A stretch of DNA of 63,632 nt, filler included, from Choristocarpus tenellus KU-1152 (taxonomy: Eukaryota > Protista > Phaeophyceae), in assembly GCA_964200185.2 (NCBI GenBank). It is 11 parts of 11 records of this genome, joined end to end, with 100 filler letters (N's around TTAATTAATTAA, not from the genome) between each part and the next. Parts side by side here need not be neighbours in the genome. Positions count along the whole stretch, not along the records: positions 9,574 to 13,264 come from CAXNAD020018489.1; positions 13,365 to 16,469 come from CAXNAD020022294.1; positions 16,570 to 36,024 come from CAXNAD020000465.1; 8 more parts are not named here. One strand, given 5' to 3'. The notes beneath the pieces were generated by a model. The model saw only the letters and a list, made by a program, of their open reading frames with translations. It ran no database searches and was not told where the DNA came from. Of this stretch, positions 12,473 to 23,719 are shown in pieces (positions within the stretch are counted from its first letter, which is position 1; every line of letters starts with the position of its first letter). The translations under genes were made by a program, and so were the position numbers.

Positions 12473-13264
12473 ATATTATTATTATGCCCTCTGACATTTT
12501 CCAGATGTGTCAGGGGGAAACAAATGAAAACTATACGTGTGTCAATATAAGCACTACAGAAATAAAATATCATAAATGTGAAAAACACTAATCTATTTGT
12601 TACTTAACCACTATCAATATTGTACTACTGCCTTCCTGAGCTTCCAATCTACCTACTCCTGCAGCATGGGGGGAGGAGCTAGGGAGGCATCCCAAGAATC
12701 GAATAACCCCTCCGTGCCCATCTCCCTGGTGACTCTAGCTTAAAACGCATGACACGTCTAGACAGTACCACTTGCGTAGTCACCGAGACAATTTGGCGTA
12801 GGCGGGATTTGACTCCTTTTCTGCTAAATCCTCCAGTTCCCCTTGCCCCCGCCATGTGAGTAGCCAGCTCATCCAGGAACATTCCGTTTGCTTGCTGAGG
12901 CGCCAAAACTTTCCACCACTAAGGTGTTGAGGTTATAACTACGAGGATCAAAGGAGCCCTCGTAGTGGGTACGCTTTCGCGCCTCGGCTGCAGCAGAAGT
13001 TTCACCATTGCTGGTGGATGAGATAGTTAGATGGGAGGTTGCCTGTACCTCTGCGAAGGCGATGTCTAGCAGAAGACCTTTGTCCCTGTAGTGAGCTGTT
13101 GCAGTGTCCGCAAGTGCCCCTTCATGAAACACCAGATCCATGCGGACATTCCTGTACACCTCACTGTGAAAGGGCTACCGTCCTCCGTAGTGTAAGGGAT
13201 GCCCATCCCCTTGCATAGTTGGTGCAGGCGTTTCACCATTGGAGTGTGCCGTCGTATCTGTCCC
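12473..13264 (-). mobile_element. CRE-like (restriction-like endonuclease clade) non-LTR retrotransposon, 3' part
   Basis: Frameshifted GQIRRHTPMV..RMDLV..LLLDIA..AAAEARKRTHY..LVVESFG..FLDELA matches the RH / D..D / E-x-x-K / VE-x-FG layout of RLE domains; followed by 3' UTR and short (TAA)n tail. Confidence 0.78.
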
Positions 13265-13364
13265 NNNNNNNNNNNNNNNNNNNNNNNNNNNNNNNNNNNN
13301 NNNNNNNNTTAATTAATTAANNNNNNNNNNNNNNNNNNNNNNNNNNNNNNNNNNNNNNNNNNNN
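13265..13364. other. Artificial contig linker
   Basis: N44-TTAATTAATTAA-N44. Confidence 0.98.
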
Positions 13365-13365
13365 A

Positions 13366-13435
13366 CAGACACCAAGCAATCTCGCCGGGTTTATCACCTT
13401 TATGTTCTTTGATGATTTTGGGGATACTTTAACAG
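13366..13435 (-). repeat. Repeat terminus, inverted copy of 16395-16464 (LTR-like TGTTAAAG start)
   Basis: 68/70 identity to the reverse complement of 16395-16464. Confidence 0.85.
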
Positions 13436-13728
13436 TTTGTTCCGTTGTTCTCTTGTTTGTTTTTCTTTCCCTCTTTCTTCTTAACGGCAGAAGATGACAG
13501 CTGTATGTTGATTGTTCATTATTTCTTTCGTGACTGCTATTGATCCCTCACAATGCACCAAGCTCATTCTACAATGAGTGTACCAGCTATACACCTGGAT
13601 GCAATATAATCAGAGTTAAAAAAGCATCCGCGGAACCCTTGCCATCCAAGGCAACAAGCCTCCCCACAGAGCATGGACTTCTTTCGTTGAATATCTCATG
13701 AACGAACACTGAATTCACATCACATCAT

Positions 13729-13985
13729 AAGGCAAAGTATCTTAGAGGGTAGGTCCACGTCCGTTTGGGGACCAGAATCTAATGTTGCGATTTTGATTTG
13801 ATTTTGTTTACCGTGTTTGTTAGGAAATGTCAATATCCTCGTTCTGGGCACACTTTTCACAACGAAGACGTTTTACCAACTCCAAAACATTTCGTTGTAG
13901 GTAAAATGTCATAAAAAACCCATGGGAAGCCAAGCCCCAAATCGACAAACAGGGCGAAACTCGTACCCTCCAAGATACCTTTAAA
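13729..13985 (+). mobile_element. MITE family B copy with eroded ends
   Basis: CAAAGTATCTTAGAGGGTAGG...TACCCTCCAAGATACCTT. Confidence 0.85.
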
Positions 13986-14292
13986 ATCCATTCTGGATTG
14001 AGCAACCAAGAATACTGAATTCACATCGCATCATTTTTGACTGAGAGATCAATGACCTCAGTTACAAAAGAATAAACACATCGGTGCTTTGTAGCACAAT
14101 CACATCTATCCAAAATATAGACTCTGCATATTTCTCATCAGTGCTTTGCAACACCATGATTACTCATCGCTCGTAGTCTACGCATTTTGCTCACAAGTAC
14201 GATGCATTCGATTCAGGTTTCAACACCTCTGACCTACAGGACTGAAAGGTGCGCAACCACATCATCCCCCATTCCCAACCGAGGGTCTCTTC

Positions 14293-15200
14293 CTACCAAT
14301 CAACACATGGACAAACATGTTGGAGGTTAGATTGAGTATTTTTCTTTTCTGATCTTGATATTCCATCTACCGGGTCATTCTTCTCCCCATTAACGTGTTC
14401 TGCTGCAAATGACCGTTCTCCTGCTACCTCTATCTTCCCCCTTCTCATCAATCCTCCCAGTCTCTCATCTCTTGCCCCCCCCACCCTTACAAACCAATGC
14501 ACTGCAAACTTGGCGTCTCATCTTCATATTACTGAGTTCCCCTTCTTTATCCTTTCCCTTATCTTCATTATCACTAACCCTGCATTCACTACCCTCCCCA
14601 ACCATTCTAGTACAATGATCAATATACTTCCCCCCTCTCCTTTCATTCCCCTTCAATTGTCATCCTTCTTCACATACTTTGGGTCTTCACACCTCCACCA
14701 CTTACCCATCTTCACATTGCAACTTCTGTAAAGCACGCAGTTGAGTACCTTGCCGTCTCTGGTGGTCTAACCACATACCTCATGACTGGAAACTCAAGTT
14801 CTCTCCGCTTTCGGTCAACCCTCGTATTGCCACTCATCCCCACACATACAAGTCTTCCTTAAATTTCCTACCTATCCGGACCTCTCTGTTTCCTTTCCTC
14901 ACCCCTGCACTCTGTTCTCTCTGACCACCCTTATGGACTGTCATACTCGGCTCCAGTTTCCTTCCCCTGAGAATCTCATCCCTGGTCTATGTCTATCCCC
15001 TTCGACCCCCCCCTTTCCCGCTAGTCTACCCAAGCAGCCTCCCCCCCTGGCGTAATCCCAACAGGTACGCCAGCCGCTAAAATAAAGCCCCAAGGCAGAC
15101 TCGCGGGATCTATGACCCACCTCACTTTCCTTTTATCTAGATTTTGAGAAAAAGTATACATGCCCAAACGACCTGGTCTCCGGTGAACTATCCTTGGGGT
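14293..15200 (-). mobile_element. DIRS/Ngaro-type retroelement RT-RNase H remnant
   Basis: Degenerate VRIGRKFKEDLYVW, RPPETARYSTAC (SDAS region), VLEWLGRVVNA, AVHWFVRVGGARDERLGGLMR, AEHVNGEKNDPVDGISR (H-V-x-G-x-x-N-x-x-A-D-x-x-S-R motif). Confidence 0.75.
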
Positions 15201-15696
15201 ATGATGTGTATTACACATGCATAAAGCCCCTTAGAGTCGTTGCTGGGTTCTATCACTTGCGGCTATGCCTTCTAACACTTGGTACCTCGATTCTTGGCTA
15301 CCCACACACTCCTTGTATTTCTGTCATTAAATTCCTTTTTACCTTGGATAGTTTGGGATGGAATCTGTAATACTGAATGCCTTGACGGGTTTCAGCTGGT
15401 ATTGATTAGGAGTTTCATAATTTTATCCCCCCCCCCCCCCCCTCCTTCTTTTGTTTTTTATTTTTTTTTCTTTTATGTGAGAACGCTTACATAACTACTG
15501 TGCCGTACCCGTATTCTCAAGTTCACATTCCCAACCCTAGTCAGGGATCAACCCATTGCTCAAACATTATTCATGCAACCTCCTCAGCATTGCCTTGCGT
15601 TATCTGGTCGAGACTGGTCTGGATGGGTTCCGTAAGTACTAGAACGTGTAACGTGTATGTATTAGTCTAGTTCAGTCGTAGATGCTGGCGAGTTGA

Positions 15697-15875
15697 GGCT
15701 CAAAGTATCTGGGGGGGGTGGCGGGTGTCCATTTGGGGCCCATTTTTTCCATGTCGCAATTTTTTGGTGATTTGGTTGTTTACGTCGGATGGACAATGTG
15801 CGTCTACTTTTCCTGATTTTGTCCCAAATGGACACCCTGGTGTAGATCCCCCACCCCTCTCAAATACTTTGGCTC
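15697..15875 (+). mobile_element. MITE family A, full copy with 4-bp TSD TTGA
   Basis: TTGA|GGCTCAAAGTATCT...AAATACTTTGGCTC|TTGA. Confidence 0.92.
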
Positions 15876-16394
15876 TTGACTAGGACGCGAAACGTTCATA
15901 GTTACATTATGTAATTAGGATCAGCAAAGTGCGCATTTTTCTGAGATGGTTCGGGATTCATCTAAACAATCCACATCTCCTAGACAATTATATGTAAATA
16001 AAAATACAAGTATATATATATATTTTAAACTAACAATGAGGGGAATGTAGCGTATTATTCATGTCTCCTTTCAATTGAACACATCCATTTCCACTCCTTG
16101 TGCAACTCGGACTGTTGAAGACGTTCATACCGTACCATCGTATCTGATTAACCCCACTATTGTGACCTGAATCCCTCCCCCCCCCACCCCCTTTACTGAT
16201 TTCAACTGATTATCCCACTTTTGGTCACTATATCTTCTTTTATCACTTTCCTTCACTGTGGTGTTTTGTCAATGATTGTAGAAAGGATGCCCACGAATCC
16301 TCCTTAAACAGTCATACATCGTAGTCCCAATCCCTACATTTCTTTTTCTAGCAATCTAAAGCCCTCAGATGCAACCTACCATTGTAAGCAGTAG

Positions 16395-16464
16395 CTGTTA
16401 AAGTATCCCCAAAATCATCAAAGAGGATAAAGGTGATAAACCCGGCGAGATTGCTTGGTGTCTG
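16395..16464 (+). repeat. Repeat terminus, inverted copy of 13366-13435
   Basis: CTGTTAAAGTATCCCCAAAATCATCAAAG..., runs into the gap. Confidence 0.85.
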
Positions 16465-16469
16465 CAGAG

Positions 16470-16569
16470 NNNNNNNNNNNNNNNNNNNNNNNNNNNNNNN
16501 NNNNNNNNNNNNNTTAATTAATTAANNNNNNNNNNNNNNNNNNNNNNNNNNNNNNNNNNNNNNNNNNNN
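16470..16569. other. Artificial contig linker
   Basis: N44-TTAATTAATTAA-N44. Confidence 0.98.
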
Positions 16570-16597
16570 CCCCCCCCCCCCCCAGATACTTTGACCC
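16570..16597. mobile_element. MITE family A terminus at contig start
   Basis: Cn-AGATACTTTGACCC. Confidence 0.8.
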
Positions 16598-18315
16598 TGT
16601 AATCAGTTGTACATACGAGTTTCTTAGTCTCTCTTCTCCCCTTTTCGTCCACCCTTTAGCTATACATTACGGGTGATTCACATCCCCCACTTCCTTGTCT
16701 CCAGTTAAGTTTGCCATGGGCAGTAGTACCGTCTGCTATCCAAGGTCTTCCAGGAGGTCAAGGGTAAGCCGAATCAGTTCCCAGAGAGACCCCACACCCC
16801 CAGTCTGCAGTCACCAAGCGGCCATTGTGCACCGCCAGAGCTGGCGGCCTGAGCTACAAGACCCCATGGGCCCAAGGGGCTCACATATGCTGGGTGGCAC
16901 GCTCATTGTGTGGCCATACAAATGCCCAACTGGAACTGTGCTACCTCGCTAATATTTGTCTTGAGTAGTTGATGTGGTGAACAAAGATTAGAGTGTTCAA
17001 CTCTGGAGATAAGTGTAGTCAGAGTTCCATCTGAATTGTTTGACTTCTGTAAATATTCAACTACTAGTAATGGGTACTGTACCTAATTGTGAGTAAAAGC
17101 ATATTGTGATGTGAAAACACTTGATTCAAAATAGTAGTGGATATTCTGGTACATGTAATGATACTACAATGAAGAAAAAGCAAATCGATCATGGAGTGCA
17201 AACCGGACTCAAATGTTCAACATTCAGTCCTGTCAAAGAACTACAATATCAAAATGTGGAAACCCCACAAAAGGTCATTGATTCGCAACAAAAATCCAGA
17301 CTTCCTACCCTCCTGATCTCCCTACATACCATTCTCAGGGGTACCAATGCTCACTTTTTGTCACATGGAGCTCTACACAAAAAAATGAGGCCCTGCTGCT
17401 TCAACCTGAGAACTTGAGTCAATAGGCCCTAAATGGCAACCAATAAAACTAGCTTAAACGAGAAGAAAGTTTGTACTGGCTTCACTAGTCAGTAATTATC
17501 GTGGTGGGTGTCCTTGACAACTAAACACAAGTAGATTATTGAGCACAATGCATAAAATACCTCGATGCAGACATTAGTCATCGAAGGCCACCTCGTGCAT
17601 GTGCAACCAAAATTGCATGTTAAGTATATTATTGACTGCGATGTACTAAATACCGTGATGCAGAAATAAATCGTCGAAGGCCACCTCGTACATGTACAAC
17701 CAGACAGAGTGGGATGATCCTTTCCTAATACCTTCTCCAGGTTTGATTAAAAATGTGACAATACACAAAAGTTGAACGCACACAACTTGTCTTACCATTG
17801 CACCCTGCTCACCACACTTCTCCCATCGTCCCCCTCCCCCAGACATAACCATCGGTATTATCAACTTCAAGTGGAAGAAATCATTACGACCTTGCAAAAA
17901 GATTCAAATACATAGGAAAGAAAAAGATGTACTTCTGCATACATTTTTGAAAAGACCTTTCAACTTTTTCTTTTACCAACGGGATATGCACACATTACAA
18001 GTAGTAGGACTAAAATTATGTTCTACCTCAAAAGCAATATATAAGATTGGTAGACGCAGTGTAAGAGCTTAGAGGGTATTTGACCGGAGTAACTTATACA
18101 AGCATTTTCTGCAAGAGTATACGTACTGGAATGATACATCATTTTATGTAGGATGTCAAAAAGCGACATAAACTCAAATCAAGGATTGACAGTGTTTTCC
18201 ACACACTCCTAGATCTTTAGAGCTCACCTCATATGTCGACCACAGGTATGAACCAATACTACTCTATATATAATCCACCAAGATCTACATATTACAATAC
18301 TCCAAACATTCAACT

Positions 18316-21043
18316 CTACAATCTAGATGCGGGATCCCTCCAACGTGCCACTGTTAGCCCATCTCTCATGGTCAACATTAGCACTTCTACCCTGGGATCC
18401 GCTCTTAGCATCTTATTAAACTCATCCAATGCACTAGCAATCTTCCCCCTCCGACCTGTGGGCAACATGGACATGGCCTCTGCGGGTGGCATGTCTATGT
18501 CAGGTTCTGTTGCTGCATTTGCCTCTGCAAGGGGTACCAGAGAATGAAAGAGGACATTGTCGGCCAGGAGTAGGCCTCGAGGGCTAAGCAGGGGGCGCTC
18601 CACAGCCATAACCTTTTCATAGTAGTCAGAATAACTTTGGTGATGCCACCAGGGGCGCAATATTGGCAGCAAAAGGGAGTGTGGAGTAGCATATTAAGTA
18701 CAAGTTCAAGTTAATTGGCAGTACAGTATTACGATGCAGGAAAGTGTTGACAGCATGTATGTGGTATTAATTACACCACTTATGTATGGTAACTATCATA
18801 ACACCACACCACTCCACCAAACCTTCCACATCTTACTGGAAATTGAAGTATTTTAGGATTTACCTCGCGGCCCACCAACCACCAAAACTGTCCTGAAAAT
18901 CTTACGGGCAGGTAAAGCCAATGTTAGATTTTGTTGGGGTAACACTTCCCCGAAAAGCAACGCTTCAGTACTCTATGATACTATGGTGTGGACTTCCCGT
19001 TCCCACCGTAGATGTGGTTTATGGAACGTGTTTTTGGCTCCCTTGGCCCGTGTCTGACCCCAAGCTACATGCAGCCTATAGTGGACACCAATTTGATCGA
19101 TGAGTCCTGGACATAGATAGCTATTGGTCAAAATATATTGTTGAGCAAGGTACACTTACAATGTAGGATACCGTATGGCGTGATGCACAGAAATGCATAC
19201 CTCTCTTTTGCTTGTTTCTTTAAAAAAAATAAAGGTTAGGGTTATAGTTTAGGAAGGTTATTAAATACTTAGAACAAATACAGTAGTGCTCCTGTGGCAC
19301 GGTTTGCAAAGAGGCACATCCATAACCATGACAAGAAGATAAATCAAGGCATGCCATTGTTTTATTAGTAAAGAGTAAAATATTGAATATAATCAAGCAA
19401 ACACAACAGTCCCACTTTGAAGAGCAACAGACAGGGGATACCCATAGTCTTTAACTTTCCAGTTGATCAGTTGGTGGCCTTTGCATCTAATCTGTCTGTA
19501 CTTCATATAAAGATGTAGCGTGTGTTTATATATGCCTTGACTTCACCTTCTTTTCTCTGCATCAATAAACACTATGTCGAACTGAGGAGAACCCATCTTG
19601 ATCAGCTGCAGCAAATAGTAACAGTATCAGCAGGAAAGAACAGTACAAATTCCACGAGTCATAGGGTGGATAGCATGGGCGTCTCAGTGTAAGGGCTACT
19701 TCAAGGTGAGAAATTGACAACAACAAAAAAAACAATGTGAGGTTGAGTGAAACACTGACAGATGTCATACATACATCAATTGTCATTGGTTTGGGGTAGG
19801 TGTAGGGATAGAGAAGATTTAGTAACACTTACTCTGCCCTACAGTGTGCATACACAACACACAGCAATGTACACCAAATATTCTTTTTCAACAGTATAAA
19901 GTAGTTCTCTTTCGATTAAATCAAAAAGTAAAAAAAGGCGGTAAAATAACCTGTTTAAAAAAAAAATCTTACGAACTAATTCCTAAAATATATCGCTGTA
20001 CCACTACTATGGTACAGATTTAATAATCATACATCAACACCACGCAGCGTACCCTCAGCTCAGTTATATGGGAAAAAAAAATTCAAGGGCAACTCCAAGA
20101 TTAACACACTTAAACAGAGGATTAAAATAGAAGCATAAAACACAGGTGCATCAACAAAGAGTGCCGAGAGACTTTAATTTACTCTGAAGTGGAAATCGAT
20201 TTCATGCCATTGCCCACAATCACAACTGCGGTGAAGTAACAATCCCTCCTGGCATGAAAGTATCACCAAGGATGTGGAAACCTAACACCTACAAGTTAAT
20301 CAAACTCAATACATGCAAATTTTTCAACATATTTTTCTTCTTTTTAAAAAAATTAATAAATCAAGCATTTCGATCCCTCTTTTCAATAACAAAAAAATGG
20401 TTTATTATTTATGCTCTGTACAGTGTACATAGTTTACTAAACTCTCCAACTTCGAAAAAAGAAAGTAACGGCATTTCCTTGTGCAGACCCCGGGGCATTT
20501 TGTACTTCATGGTATATAAAAACTTACGAATTGCAAATAAGAAAGTAATGGGAAGGTTAGGGATAACCAACTCTAACCCCAAGAGAACATTTACACTTTG
20601 TACATTTTCACCAATCACGTTAGCATTTCATATATGTATGTAACAGACTACAGTAAGTATAGCAAGTTGCAGGATACACACTTGTGCCTCATAGTAGTAG
20701 AAACCGGCATAGGGGGATAGTGGCAATGAGATCAAACTTGCGTTGGTAGCCACTTCACAATAACAGCAAAAGTGGCAAAAACCACGCATTTGGGTTAAAA
20801 TGATCAACAGGATGGATGACTTCGTTTTACAACCTCGTCTACCTCATCAATACATTTTTCTTAGTTCTGTGAGTAAATTACATTCTGGGCATATGATCTG
20901 ACAAGCATGGGACATGAGAGACCTGGAGTAACCCGTACCTTGTCAATGGATTCCATGCCTGGTCCCAGCAAGAGCTCTATTTTGTGTCCGTGTTTGCTGT
21001 GACAGAAGTGTCCCTTAGCGATCTCAGCTGTATTTGCATCAAC
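18316..21043 (-). CDS. Class I SAM-dependent O-methyltransferase (CCoAOMT-like), last three exons
   Basis: Exons 20939-21043, 19547-19605, 18316-18634 splice in frame to VDANTAEIAKGHF..KIELLLGPG..FDIVFIDAEKRSYSDYYE..GLLLADNVLF..RDGLTVAR*. 5' exons not resolved. Confidence 0.88.
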
Positions 21044-23719
21044 CTTCATTCAGAATTGTCCAGCAAGTTCCGATCAGTCTAGTCTGTCAGGCATCAAAAA
21101 CAAGCGCACTATCATTGTAATATTTGTTAGGATGATCAGTGCATACCACCAGCAGTCTTGATGTTCATCCATAAGCTTGCACCAGAGTCCTTAGATCTCT
21201 CCCCAGGCGGAGGTATCTCAAACGTGTTGAAGAAGCTGCTGCTTCCGGAGACGTGTAGATATTTGAAATTATCGATTGTTTCCTTGTGAGCTGGAAAGGG
21301 TGTAGGTAAGGCTAAGTACATGGGGTCTCCTTCGCGCTGCCAATTTACCAAGATCATCAACCCAGTGATCATCGATCACTGAATACTCTTTAGAGAGTTC
21401 TTATTCCTGGGCGCTTGCAACTCCTATTTCAATAGAACCATCCTGTAACCAACTCACAACCCATTCTTCTCATTTCCTACCCCACAGGACATGATCTTTC
21501 CTGTGCATCTTGAATAACATCAGTCTCTTACATGACACTTCTTCCACACAAATGTTACTGGCCATATTCTTACTCCTAGTAACTCGTCCTCCTGCAACTT
21601 AAGCGGAGATAAGGAGCAGAGAGGGGTAAGTTCTGCACGACCCTGCACAAACTGGTGTAACAGGTTCCCACTAGTAGCTATCTCCTGTTCTTAATTCTAA
21701 TTTGTGCTAGTAGTGAGGGTATATATTGATTGATCAATAAGTTGAACCTAGATGATCTAGATCAGTATGGACTAAGGACAAATTCTTCATCCTTCTGGAT
21801 GTGAATGCCTGCATTTGGAAAGAGAGGTAGAGGAGGAGAAAAAAGGGATAGGGACAACTCGGTACTTGAACCCTACAGCTTCCATAAGCGGAACAATGAT
21901 TGTGTACACCTGGTGAGGTGTGCAGAGATGACTACACTTGCAATCGGGAAAACTCGATTGAATTAACCAAAGAGCAAAAAGTCTCCCACATAAGTGGAAC
22001 CACAAGGGGATCAGATATTATTTCATTGAACACATCCTCACTCATCAACCTGACTGACGCCTTGTTCAAAACATGATAAGGCACCCATCCTACCTTGAAA
22101 TCCGACCAACATATGACATCAACGACGGTCTAAGTCCTCAGTCAACTTGCATTCAATCAACAAAAGCAGGTCCAGAAGGAGGGAGGGGATGCAGCTCAAC
22201 CAACAGGATGTGGTGTGCTTGTTCTGAGGTCAAAGGAGATGGATCCACCTTTAACCCAGACACAGCCCAAATATCCTAGTCACTTATCGTTCATGTCCAA
22301 CTTCCTTGAGTCTTTTAACACAATGCCCAACACGGACGGTCAGCAAAGAGCATGCTCCAAAAGTGTTATCCCACTCCCTGGTGCTCCTCCAATACAATTG
22401 TTTCTCACAGGTCCCTCCATGAAGATGGCCAGGTCAGAGTTCAACTCCTTAACTGCTATGCTAGGACTGCAGCAAGGAAGTTTTAACAGTGTCAAGTGAA
22501 TCCATGGATGTCCAACTTTGCTTGGGATATTAAAATTGAGATGAGTGCATTATTGGCAGTTAGCATCACAGAAGCAAGCACTTGATACAAGGAATGATCA
22601 GTTTAAGGATTATGGCCAGCACGTAGAATATCAAGACCTGAGGATTCACCTTGTCACTGTCACAAAATACTGTCGAGTACACTGACTATCACAAGAGGAC
22701 CATGTTGGAAAAATCGTAGTACACTGTGCTTAACATAGTCAAATTCATCCCTGTTCAACTCCCATCAAAATACAGATTGTAGTGAGTGGAAAAAGGGGTC
22801 ATCCATTGTTCCAAGTTGTATGGGCAGATTGCAGAGCAGGGAACTACAACCACTGCTGGTAACCCCCTGGCAAACATTCTGTGGGAATATTATTGCATAG
22901 AGTATATGAGTAGTATCTGTTGCAACACAGAGTTTGCACAACACTGCCTGCATTGCTGCTTCTGTACTGGAGAGGCAGCAATATTATACGCATGCACAGT
23001 CCCAAAAACACACAATATGTCGACTTATCACATCAGGTTTGAGCCTTGATGTGCTTCACAAATACTCTGAGTAGCAGGAAACGACTACTGCTTGCTCAAT
23101 TTGTACACCAAAACATTTTTTGGAGGCACATAGCTTGGCCAAGGCCAAAAAGAAAAGTCCTCGAGTGCACTTTCTTGTTATATGTACCATGCGGTCAAGC
23201 CAATAGCAAGTCATTGCTCCACCCCAAAGTAAGAAGGGAGGGAGTAGATCTCTAGCCAGAAGCAGTCCAGCAATTTCTCTGGTTGAAACCATCTCATTCT
23301 TTCTACAACAATGATAGTACTGCTGGAGTGAGTTTCAACCAGAGCACATTGAATGCAAAACATTTCCTTAATCTCACAATGGCAGTATGTAGTACTGTTG
23401 TAGCAAATGAGAACTCAAGCAAATAGTTCGCATTGGAGGTGGGGGAAGGGAAGGTACCAAAATAGCAAGAAAGAACACAAAGAGTGATATCAAAATCACT
23501 CAAATCTCCACACAACATTCAATGGTACAGCTCCACAACACTTTTAACAAACAAGAGTACAACAATGACAAACAACACTTCAATTTCAATGCCACCAGCA
23601 GCTTCTCAAGGTGAACGCTGAGCAGACGGCCCTTTTCTCCTCTCTGCCCCCACAAAACATCAATCAAGATAGGCAAAAATGCCCCTGTGTACCACAACTA
23701 CAAGAGTAAATTTTCAAGT

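Noticed and set aside
17556-17702. Roughly 93-bp direct duplication
   Set aside because: Two diverged copies only; ordinary local duplication
21136-23300. 5' exons of the O-methyltransferase
   Set aside because: Could not find the E-x-G-T-x-x-G-Y-S motif with usable splice sites; left unannotated
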